A stretch of DNA of 64,000 nucleotides, from contig CAJFCJ010000034.1 of assembly GCA_904063045.1 (NCBI GenBank), forward strand, positions 133,649 through 197,648. Reading direction: 5' to 3'. Below the pieces are notes generated by a model. That model had not been told where the DNA came from. It ran no database searches and saw only the letters and a list, made by a program, of their open reading frames with translations. Below are positions 26,864 to 39,200 of the stretch, piece after piece. Position 1 is the first letter of the stretch; each line of letters begins with the position of its first letter. A program made the translations under genes and the position numbers. The stretch is from Dimorphilus gyrociliatus (lineage: Eukaryota > Animalia > Annelida).

Positions 26864-27324
26864 AAAAATTTAACTGAAATCTCTCTAAACAACTGCAAAA
26901 TTTTCCAGTCGTTCATTTATTTTACCGAAACGAAAATCATGGAAGAGAAAAAACGATCGAATGATATCAAAGGATCATTTCTATATTCTAAGGAATTGTA
27001 TTAAACTTACAAGTTTAGATGTTAGCTCTACAGATTTTAATGATATTCATTTGAACGATATAACATCCCAATTGCCATTAATTCAAGTATTGAATTTACA
27101 AAGTACTCAAGTAACAAATATTCTACCTTTATTACGACTTAAGAAGTTAAAGGTTTTAAATTTTTCGGATTGTTTCCCGATATCTCATACTGTAGATATT
27201 CTACGTTGCCTCACCAAATTAGAATGGTTAAGATTATAAAATGCTGGCTTAAGTCGTTTACGTTTTTCGTCATTCTTTAACTCGCTAAGTCGATTAACAA
27301 GTAAGATTTATAGATGTAAGCCTA
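26864..27324 (+). pseudogene. Partial, internally deleted duplicate of the ZYG11/ZER1-like gene
   Basis: 26864-27237 matches about 22684-23056, then joins sequence matching about 23547-23636. No start or flanking exons. Confidence 0.85.
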
Positions 27325-27441
27325 AAATGTGCATTGATTTTTTTCTTTCAACTTGTACAGTATATATGCTATCGCTCGTTATATAATCAATCATTTACTT
27401 TTCTACATTTGTTAAAGAACTATCATAAACCCTCTAAGAGA

Positions 27442-28160
27442 ATGAAATCACTTGCAGTAGTAATGATATTTATAATTCAAGTTATATTTGGACAATTGCC
27501 ATCTCTGTCAAGTAACAAAAGTTCTAAGAGATAGCATGCGAACAAAGGCTTTCGAACTGTGATAAAGAGAGAGGAATAGAAATGAACTTTATGAATTATC
27601 AGACTTTTAGCCCTACTACATTTTGTAAGAACTACAGAAGTCATCTGAAATGCTTACAAGAGTTTGATTCTTCCCAATGTTATCCAAATCGTTACAATAT
27701 GGAAGAGGCCTATTTGATAAAAGTCTGTAGTAAAGGTAACTAATTACATTTTCAAAGTTATGATAAAAAAAGGTAATCGTATTTAGCTTGCCAATGTGAG
27801 CTTGACAGTTGTAGAGGAAAGTCTTATCGTGACGGATGTAAACTTTGGTATTGTTTAAGGAACGCCGTTATTCAATGCAATGCGTATAACGAAGGCGTTA
27901 TACGACTTTATTCGACTGTTATGAACTTTTGTATGTGTTGTCGAATCACTTAATATTTCATTAATAGTTTTATATATACATTTTTTACATTAGGTAATGG
28001 AGACGGTGGATATTGGAAGAAAAATTGTCGTCGTACGTATAGGGGCTCATATAACGTTATAAAAACTATGATTAATTCTGTTGAGACCAAAGTAGCCGAA
28101 TATTTTTATACTTTCGGTTTGCTATTATGTGCGCTATTTTATAGAATATACAGTTGTTAA
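27442..28160 (+). CDS. Small Cys-rich GPI-anchor-like protein (family member 4), 1-bp frameshift after the signal/KR segment
   Basis: Signal MKSLAVVMIFIIQVIFG...SKR then TAG at 27532-27534. The next frame gives ACEQRLSNC...LIKVCSK; introns 27736-27786 and after the last Cys lie at the same positions as in the 8801 gene; hydrophobic tail. Confidence 0.65.
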
Positions 28161-28318
28161 TATGAATATATAATCCACAGGATTACGAATGAATGTTCAA
28201 TTGTAACATTATACTGTATATGTTGAGAATTATATCTGCTCAGAAAAAGCACAGTAAAGAATGAATACTGTTTTAACTAATACGAAAATAGAATAGCAAT
28301 ATATTGATTAATTCTCTA

Positions 28319-29334
28319 TTATACATGAGAAACAATATGAAATATTAGGCCTAGATATAACAAGATATTTAAACTAATTATTGATGATTTGTTATTATTA
28401 GTAGTTTGTTGTGGTTCTTTGTCTCCATTTTCCAGTTTATGAAAACTTAATGGGATATATTCATTAATTTCAGAGTTTTGTCTTGTATTGCATAGATTTG
28501 TTGAACAAAAACACCTGTTTGCCGAATCTAAATCCTCTCTATATAAGCAACCATAATTCTTAACAGAATAATTCTTATGGCAATCTCTTCTTATTTCTTT
28601 TTCACCTAAACAAATGTGAAAATAAGTATATAACAGTATTGTAGCTTTGAATATAACTACCAGTTATCATATTCTTGATTGATTGGAATGCGCATGATTC
28701 GCGAGATGGATTTATATTACAAGTAAACTTTTCCTTTTCTTCTTTAGTTAATTGTGAATCGTCTAAGTTGTGACCACACCAACTTTGGTATTTGGATTCG
28801 CATTTCCAACATTTTACACCTATTGAATAAAAGAAAATTTACCTTTGTAAAAAATGACATATTCAATAGAATAGACTGTTCAAAACAATAATCACTTTTA
28901 GGCTTTCTATTTGAAGTTATTAATGATGCTCTATTACATCTATTTTCTGAGCATAGACACTTAACAATTGGTCCATCATTATCAACTTCATAGGAACAGG
29001 TATCAAGGAGTTTTTGTTTCTTATTTTCACAATTTCGGTAAACTTTATCTTTGTATAACATCGTTGAACATATTCCGTAGTGTTTACAAATTTTTCCAGT
29101 TTTATTTTCAGGTTCTTCAAACTTTTTACCACACCACGGATCCTTATCCGAAGAGCATTTCCAACATTCCGTCACCTCTTCCGTCCTTACTTTTTAAAAA
29201 GAGAGATTTTAGGCTAATCATTCAAGAATTGATAGGCAAACTTTATAACAGAGAAATATAAACAAACCGTTGAGAATTGAGGAGAAAAAGATTAATATTG
29301 AAATAAAAATTAGATATCTTTTTATTTCGATCAT
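28319..29334 (-). CDS. Two-domain Ly6/uPAR (quiver/sleepless-like) GPI-anchored protein
   Basis: Signal exon MIEIKRYLIFISILIFFSSILN; domain 1 CWKC...CLCSENRCN (10 Cys); domain 2 CWKC...CFCSTNLCN (10 Cys); tail NKSSIISLNILLYLGLIFHIVSHV*. The splice joining the two domains is inferred. Confidence 0.75.
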
Positions 29335-30092
29335 CGCACATGAACAAAGTTTGAAAAGATACTAAAGTAAAGCATAGAAAAATTAATGGCCAACTATAAT
29401 ATTTTGCTTATAATTAATACTTAACTAATCACAAATAGATGATTATTATCAATTGATAGTAATTAGTTTACTATTTTGAATATAAAGTGTAAATGCAGTG
29501 TGTTATTTGTTTCTTTTGTAAATATTGCTAATTGTTTTTGTATGAAACGTCTCATATTTTTTATTGATTAAAGATTCTTGGTATAATAATCATTAAAGTA
29601 AAAGTGTGACCTTTTACTGGGCCGCTCACACTATTCATTTTATCATGGGTTATATGAGGGGAAGTTTCCAGAGGTGTACGTTCCTCATTGATTATTGGTT
29701 GGAATATGGGCGGATCCGCGTTTATGCATTCAAGCAAACAGCATCTTAAATAATTTAACCCATACTTGACGGAACGGTAAATGATGACGTCTGTTCATTC
29801 CTTGCCAGTCATAATACTCCTTTTATTTCCAACTTGAAGTGGTTAACAATATATATCTATATAAGTATAAATAACATTATAATTAAGTAGGGTAGTTAAA
29901 GAAATTCTACTTGAACAGCCTGAATATAATGTCGTTAAACTATCTTGTTAATACAGTGTATATTGCAAATAATTAATTAGTGAATAATATCCTTAAAAAG
30001 GGGAAAATAAGTCTGTTGATGTGAATATTAAGTTTTTTTTGTATTCAAGAGAATTGAACCAAACTAATTAAACGTTAATAATTCATTTGATC

Positions 30093-33000
30093 ATGAAACT
30101 ATTGTGCTTTATACTTTCAATACATTTTGTGTATTTGGAGATTTGCCAAAAAAAAGACTTAAAGTTTGTAAAGATGTTTAATCTTTTTTCTATTTTAATA
30201 TTTCGTGTTATCTATCATCAAAATTCAGCTTGGAATTCTTAAGTAAAAATGTTAGTTTTCATCTATTAAATATATCTAACTACGATAAATTTTCAATTGT
30301 TGGAGAATTAAATATTAAAATAGATGAATTGGACGTTTTATATTCAATACAATACGATTTTAATCATTATTTAAATCAATTTCAAGATGTATCATTAAGC
30401 ATATGTTCAAAACTTGGCTACGATAATTTAAAAGTCAATGTATTTACATGTCGTCAATCTGAAAGTCAGGCTTTTTTATTTATATTTTGAATTTCATTAA
30501 TGATTTATTAATAAGTTTAATCTTTATTATAAAAGATCTAAATCGTATTTTACTTGTTTGCAATAAAGGAAATTGTAATATGTAAGTTTTTACATAAAGT
30601 TAATAATTCTGGTTATATAAATAAGTTACTTTCGTAAACAATTTTTAGAAAAAGTACTTTATCTTGTCGGAAAGATTTTTATAAATCTTCTAAATTCTAT
30701 TGCATAAGATGCTTTTTAAGAGAAAAACCATGTAACAAGAGAATGAATAATAACTATATTCTTAATAATCTATTAGATTTATTCTATACCGGTTTAGATA
30801 TATATTTTACTGAAATTTTCGGAGAGGATACCGAAAAACAATTAGCGTTTGTAAGATACGAGAATAAATCATATAGATTGTGCGCAAACGTTTCACATGA
30901 TTACGAATATTATGGTTGTAGTTCGACTTATTGTGACTATGAATCGGACGTCTCTTATATGGTTGAAAAACAAGCGATACTAGTCACTTCCAATACGAGT
31001 CAAGGAAAAGTTGCTAAAACTTCGTTCATGTTCTCTGCGAATGACGGACTTTCAAATACCCATTTCAATATTATAAACAACTGTATAACAATCAATCTTT
31101 ATTATACTGAGGAAAAAGGTTTCTTTCGTTAACTATCTTTTTCTATATATAGAAAATTCATAATTAATCAGATATGGAAATAACTTATAATTTCTCATCA
31201 AATTCTAATAGAACAAATCTGGAAAATCCCTTAAAAGCTACAATATATAGCAGAAGCTTTGGTCCTATTGATATCATTTTGAAAAAGATATTAAACCAAG
31301 GTAGATAATTAAAATATGAATTTTACTTTTTCAATTGACCTTTGACATTAAAAATGTTCAAAGATGTTAGCGCAGTACACGGATATTCAGTATGTAAATA
31401 TAATCTAACACTCTACGACGTCTACTTTGAGAGATGTTCAGATAATAATGAAATAATTAACTTTGGCGGATCCTTTTATGTAGAATTTAAAGCACATGGT
31501 ATTAGTTTGCTAAAGAGACGTTTATCTATGCTACCTAAAGAAGATACAACATGTCTAAAATTCTATTGTATAGTTAAACAACAAAAAACTAAATCAACGT
31601 TTCGATTATCAAAATATAATTCAATATTCTATAAGGATAATCTATTTAAGCCGAGATTATTTATTGGTACTTTGGAAGCTTATTATCAAAATGGTTGGAA
31701 GAAAATTCTGGCATTTCATCTACAATATAACGATATTCAAGTTATTATACATATACAGTATAGAGTATTTCATTTCTATTGTATATTTTTAAGGTTGCTT
31801 GTAAATATTTCGGATATAAATATGGAACTATAGATACTATTGATCAAAAATTTGATTTTTATATAAATAAAAGATACGCCATTATGAATTGTACTGATAA
31901 GAAACTTTTAGATAATTGTAAATTATCATCAGATTCAAATTTAATTGCCAAATTTTTACCATCTATTGCAAGATACGCTAATCTTCCAACTGTTGTTATT
32001 ACATGTACAAATGCCATTAAATTTGGTTTATATACTATTTTTCTCTGTTATACTATAGTTTCTTTTAATTAATAATTCTTTTCAGAATGTCTTATGAAGA
32101 ATTCAATGATTTACAAGAAGAAATGCTATTATTTTTTCCCATCAGAATTACGTTTAAATCATACTGAATCGAATAGTCTATGTTCAAAACATAACTTATC
32201 TACTATATCTATATCTGCATTTGATGAAATTCAATTTTTAAGAATTTTTCTACTTTATATGTCTAGTCAGTTCAATTCGAAAGTTGAATTTGAAAGTATT
32301 CCTTTAAGTTGGATTAAAGCTATTCTTTATTTATACTTTCTATTCAAGTGTTCCATCTTTTATAGATATTTCATGGGAAAGAGATATAAGTCAGAAACCT
32401 ATTCTTACTTCTGGTAACGTTCCAGTTTCTCTTACGTCACCTTGGCACTTTCCTTCAATTAAGTCCAGGTTTTGCAAATATAAAAACACATGTAAAATAG
32501 CGTTACCAACGGTTTCTTCATTATCTAGGTTAAGCTGTTTGAAATATCTTGTTAAAAAGGAAAAAATGATTAATAAACTTGTAAATTGTGCAAAGTATAA
32601 TCCTGATAAAGGATTAATAAGTGAATCTTGTTCAAAGAAGCATTTTAATACAGTTATTTGTCAAAACTTTTTAAGTAATATCATTGTTCAAAACTGTAGA
32701 AAACGATTGTGATAATTAAAAAAACATACAGCTCTATCTAGCCAATCAAATTCGAAAGAAACTCTTTCATTAACGCCTTTAAAAGAAATGGAAATAACTT
32801 TAAAGAACAATATGTTTCTTTGCAAATCGGATGACATATACATCAATTCGATTTATCAATGCGATAATCAAATTGATTGTCTTAGCGGCGAAGATGAAAT
32901 AAATTGTACAGAAACAAAGACATTCTTTTGTTCAACTAACGAGACAATATCTGTAAAATATATCTGCGATTATGTAGTTAATTGTAAAAACGGTATTGAC

Positions 33001-36000
33001 GAACTAGATTGCGGTAGATAATTTTTCAACTATTATTCAAAAGTTTTGTCTTTTTTACATATTCTTTCTATTTTTAGAATTTGAAGAATGTTACGAAAAG
33101 TTGTTATAAAATTATTAAAAACATCTAATTTCTAACAATTTCTAATATTTAAATTAAATAGAAAAAGATGCAAAAATCATCAATGTACTAAACTTGAAAA
33201 TTTCTGTAATGGTGAATATAATTGCTTAGATAAAAGTGATGAACAATGCTCTTATTGTAATTTCTATTCAATTCTTTTTGTATTGTTTATATAAAAGGAA
33301 TAATTACTTAATTAAATATCATTAGCTTCTTGTAGTATTGATACTTTGTTTTGCGATAACGAATGTATCCCAAGATCATCTAGTTGTGACTTGTACGAAC
33401 ATTGCGACGATCGATCGGACGAGAACGCAGAAAATTGCTTTTTAAGAGGTATACTCTCTATTCAAACTCGTTAATCTACTGTTTTTTTAATATATTTATA
33501 GGCAATGGAACTTATTGCAACTATAACAAATTGTTTAAGAACACATTGATAAGCAAAAACCATTGCCATTTAAGATACAACTCTAAAGGATTTTTATTAA
33601 CTAAGCCATTATTTCCATTATATCAATTATCCAATTGCTATAAAACATTGTGTAATCATGGAGAATTTAAATGCGCTGAAGAAGGATATTGTATATCTAT
33701 TCGGAATGTTTGCGATGGTATCAATCATTGTTCTTTAGGAGAAGACGAACGTCATTGCGGTATTCTCGCAAATCATTATTTTACAGTTATTCTTATTTCT
33801 AAATTGAAACATGATGTTGCATTGCAGAGAGATTTAAACCTAAAGGCTTTTTCTTGTGCAAAATGAATAAGACTTATGTAAATATAAGTAACGTTTGCGA
33901 CGATATAGTTGATTGTTTTGATGGATCGGATGAAATGTACTGCAATGTATTCTTTCAATGTCCTTACAACTGCATTTGTAAGACTAGTTTTCAAGTCGAG
34001 TGCAATTTTCTCGATAAAATTGAAAACAACGTGAACATTTGGACGAAAATTTTCGTAAAGACGCTAACAATCAATGGTGGAAGGCGTCTAAACGAAACGT
34101 TACATTTCTTCAATAATCTCTCTTTAGTTTATCTGAACGTTTCGAACAGTTTGATTGATTTGAACGAATTGAAGGATTTTTATCCAAATCTTGTTATTCT
34201 GGATTTAAGCTATACGAAACAAACATTAATAAATTCCAGTCATTTAAAAACTTATAAGAAACTGCAAAATCTAATTCTGGAAGGAAATTTGTTGAAAGTT
34301 TTAGATTCGACTACGTTTTTTAATGAAAAAATGAAATTTCTCGATTTATCTAAAATGGAAATTGAAAATATCAAAGAAAATTCATTTTCAACATTAAATC
34401 AATTAACTCATTTGAAAATATCGAATTCATTAATTCAGAATATTGATGAAAAAGCATTTATTTCATTAGAAAAATTGATTTATTTAAATTTAAATAGAAC
34501 AGAATTTATTGAATATTCAAAATTTTCTTTTGTAAAATATTTACAAGTTGTAGAAGTGATTGAAACAGATGTTTATCATATTTGTTGTTTGGCAAGAGAA
34601 CATTGTAAATTTTTAAATAGATGTATTTTACCTAAAACATCAAAAGAGAAATTCTTTAGTTGTTCGGATTTGTTTTCATCAGTTTTAAAAAGAGTGTTTC
34701 TATGGATTTTTTTAATTTGTTCATTTATAGGGAATATATTTTGTTATGTATTAAAGTTTCAAACATATTCAAAATCTATACATATTTTCTATTTAAATTT
34801 ATTCTTTTGCGATTGGTTAATGAGCTTTTATCTATTGATTTTGGGTTGTACCGATATCTATTATCGTGGTAAATATATTGAATTTGACGAAATATGGCGT
34901 CAAAGTCCTTTATGTATTTTCTCTGGATTGCTTGCTAGTATATCATCGCTAGGCTCGTCCTTATCAATCTTTGCAATAACGATAGACAGATTTCTCTCAA
35001 TTACATCCCTTGTTCAAAAGAATAAAATTAACTTCAAGCTCATGCTATTACCCGTATACGTAATTTTATTAAGTTTTTCAATTGGTCCATTACTACTGAA
35101 TAAGGTTAATACAAAACATAAAAAATCATAGAGAAAACTATTAACAATAGATATTTTACAAAAGAATTTCTATTCTCGTTCACCGATTTGTTTTTCATTA
35201 CATTTAACTAATGAAGAATACGTTGGATGGCATTTTTCATTCGCTATATATGGAATATTTATTTTGTTAATTAATCTAAGTGTTGTAGTCCTATATATTT
35301 TAATTTTAAGAGATGTTTTGGAAAAGTTGAAATTCTCTTCAAAATACTTTGAGAGAAATCAAACTGGAAGAGTAATATTTAATAGTGCAATTATAGCATT
35401 TACAAATATTATTTGTTGGATTCCAATATCATTTTTAAGTTTATTATCCATATCTGGAAAGGCGTCTATTGGAAGTGATATTTTCCCTTGGATATCAATA
35501 TTTGTATTACCGCTTAATTCGATTTCTAATCCAATTTTATATTCGAATTTTGAGATTCAATTTTTGTTTAAGAAGAGAAAAATTAAGAAAGAAAACATTC
35601 GTCTAGAATTATCAACAACAATAAAACAGGAGACGATAAACACATGTTTAATATCAATTAAACAATTCCTTAATTTCTACTTTGATGAATTATTAAATGA
35701 ATTTTATGTATTGAATGTTAAAATTGAGGATAATTTCAAAAATATATATTATTTATATCAATCATGTAAGAATATTGTTCAAATTATTCATATTTCGCAT
35801 TTATACGATTTATCATTCTGCGGAAAATTTGAAGATAAATCTTCAAAAGTAAAATATCTAATTTGCATAGAATATTCAAATAATTCAACTTGAATTCTTT
35901 CTCTATATAGCTAATGGGCAATGGAATGTGTTTGTTGAATTACAACAGTTTAAAGTTAAAAACCGACGAGAATGTTTATTTAGATATTATTTCATTAGGA

Positions 36001-36066
36001 CTATTTATAAGAAAGAAACTACAGAAACACCATAAGTTTGTTCGTCAAAAGGAAAAGGATACTTAA
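30093..36066 (+). CDS. Receptor C1: GRL101-like SRCR-CTL-LDLa-LRR-7TM receptor with kinase-like tail
   Basis: Signal MKLLCFILSIHFVYLEIC; ICSKLGYDNL and ACKYFGYKYG; CTL CLMKNSMIYKKKCYY; LDLa exons 32.8-33.9 kb; LRR-7TM ORFs 33854-35131 and 35264-35893 (NLFFCDWLM, IDRF, TNIICWIP, NPILY); last exon 35911-36066. Confidence 0.85.
33660..34449 (+). repeat. 790-bp near-identical tract shared with 43392-44181
   Basis: From ggagaatttaaatgc to cagaatattgatga. I see only a 2-nt difference (gc/at near the start). Spans an LDLa exon, an intron, a further LDLa, the LRR N-cap and several LRRs. Confidence 0.93.
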
Positions 36067-36227
36067 AAGTAGACTCTATTTCTTTTAATATTTAAATGAA
36101 TTAAGTTATTTAATACTTGAAAAAAAATTACGAATAAATTAATTAAAACGATATTAAATAGCTTCACTTTTCGTTCAACACCAATAAAACTATATTATTG
36201 TTGTTTTTTGACATTTTATGATCAACT

Positions 36228-39200
36228 ATGCTATGTTTTCTTATATTCAATCTCTTTCAATTCTGTCTTCAAATATACTGCAAAAGATGTTCATATCAAA
36301 AGTAAATTGAAGGATATAACATTCTTTAATTATAATTTGATCTATACTTTTTCAATCTTTATACTTTTATTAGAGTCAATTTCTTTAGTACAAAATTTCA
36401 ATATGATATTTTATCTCCATTCGAAAATAATTCAAAATGGATTCTAGGGATATTAATAGCTAAATTTCCAAATAATAATTATACAATTAACTATAAATTA
36501 CCGGATTTTACTTTTACGAGAAAATATCTTAACGAAATTTGTAAAAATATGGGTTACGATCATTTGAAATCTAATCTTTATCCTTGTAAAAATGATAATA
36601 AAACTAAAGAAGTTATTGACTTGAAATGTTATAAATCAAAGAAAAAAATCATCAATTGTCAATTGTATTGAAATTTTTGAATATCATTCTACTAAAATTA
36701 TTATTTTGTATATTGTTAATTTTATAGGAATATCCCTAGAAATTGCTCGGAAAATAGGAGAAATACAGAATCTAGTAATATCTATTGTATTCAATGCTTT
36801 AAGCAAACTTATCCTTGTAAGGGAAGATAAATTCACTATTATATTTAGATAATATTAATAAAATAATCTCTCTCTTCTTCTTCTCGAAAGATATCTTCTT
36901 TAGTTCAAGCGGAGAGTTTAATCATTATCCTTATATTGCTTATTTGAGATATAGTCTTAAAACTTTTATGGTCTGTTATAATTCTACAAGTGAAGAGGAG
37001 TGTTCAATAGGAATTTGTGGAAGAAATTCAAATATAAGTAAACGGTTAAGCTCTGTTGCGTATTCTCTAAATGTAGTAATTGAGGAAAGAATTGAAGAGA
37101 ATATTTTCGCCATTATATCAAGAAATACAAACAAAGCAATATTGAAAAAATTGAATTTTGATGATTGTCAACAAATTCTTTTATCAAATCATTTCAATAA
37201 AAGTATAATTTTAATATGACAATTGAATTAATGATTGTTTTACTCTTCATTTTTTTCTTATTATAAATAAAATATAGATTTTCTATTTTCATCCAAACAA
37301 AACTCTTTAATTGAACAATTAAATGAATTGAATCGAATTAATGATTCAATGATTATTAGAAAATCTAATGAAAAAATTATCTTTACTCCTCATTCGCTAT
37401 GCTATAGTTCTAGTAGAGATGTTTTCTTTGGAGTAATTATGAATGTTTGCGGTACATCGGAAATTCTCTTCGAGTATGGTGTAGATATTTCAGTTGCGAA
37501 GAGAAGAGCTCAAAAAATTTTTGTTTCTTATTTAATCAATTCAACATTCCAATCTGGACAGATTATCTGCTACTACGCCATTTGTAGAGATATTGAAAAT
37601 ATTAGAAAGAGTTTAGTAATAATTAATTAATTAATTAATTAACTAATTACAACAGAAATCTCATTTAGAAAAGAATATTTATTTTTCAACTGAATTGCAA
37701 AACTCTGAACATTTTCCTTTTCAACCTGAAAAGATCTTTTCAAAATCCGGTTCTTTCCAATATAACAATGGAAATAGTAAACCATTCTATATTATGCCGT
37801 CTTTTCTTGAAGGAAATTACATGTTTAAGGTTTATTACGTCATTTTTCTTGTAAAATCATTCATTAAAACTATACATTTACTTTAAAAAGTACACTTGTG
37901 AAAAATTTGGTAGAAAATCGGCTGTAATAAAATCAATAAAATATTCATATCTTTCGAATCATATTATGGAAAACTGCCTAGAAAATGCAACCAGTTCAAA
38001 ATGTCAAAGTCTAGAGGAAATGTTTAGAAAGCACTTTGAAATGACTTTATCCTATCCAATATATTATTTAACGTGTTTAATGAAGAAACCTCAATTTAAT
38101 TCTAATACTTTAAACTGGAGGAATCAATTTATCTACTTTTTCAAAAATAAGAAACCTCTATTACAGAAGGAAATCATAAAAAAGTGTCACGATAAAAAAC
38201 TGGATGTTTTAACGTTCAATTCATGGGAGAAAGTCAATTTTTTACTTCAAAGTTTGAAATATCTTAATGAAACAGCAGTTACTTACGCAGGTTATCTCTT
38301 ATAGAAGTATGTTTTACTCTTAATAAAGAATTATTAATGTAGATGTAGCTTTAATTGAAGATCAGTACAAATATTCCATTTTTGCTCCTGAAAAATCTCA
38401 TTTAGGTTCATTAGCCGTTAAACGTAACAACATTTTTAGATTAAACAGGTAAATTATTATCTATATACTGTATATATACAGTATATAAATTTATATATAA
38501 AGTAAACTTTATAAAAATATGGACACCGTAAATTTTGATAGGCCAACTTTTAATTAACGGTTAAAACTGTTTTTTCGCTGTAAATTATTTATTTTGGTCT
38601 AAATTTCTATAAAAAAAAAGGTTATATTCACGTAATATTGAAAAAAAATTGACGAAATTATAATATTTATGAATATTATAAGCAAAATATTTTTGGTTAT
38701 TTTCATCAATTTTTTCTTTATTTGGCCTCACGTCATAATTATTGGAACAGTCACTTGACATCCGGTTTGGCATTCATCAGGATCTGGGAACGGTCACAAT
38801 ACACCCAGAGTTAATCCCAAATACAAGAAAGTGAGCGGAGTGACTGCAACAAACTCTTCAACCGTCACACTGTTACCCTTAGTGGTTTTTGAGACTAACA
38901 ACAAGAGGGTGTCCGCATTGATGGATGCAGGTTCACAGATCTCGATGGTCATAAGGGAGTGTGCAGCCAGACTCAACCTAAACAAGGTCGGACAGGTACA
39001 CCTACAGTTGTGTACACTCCTAGGAGAGGAAAAGGCTGTAGCAGATGTAGTAATAATTCCTCTACCAAACAAACTAGGTGTCATAGAAGCAGTTGTTAGA
39101 GAAAAAACTCATAGAAGTCCATCAAGAAGAAGAAACGGTAGAGATAAATTGGGAAGAGAAACCTACTTCCGTAAGAATACCAGAAGTAATTGGCCGTCTA

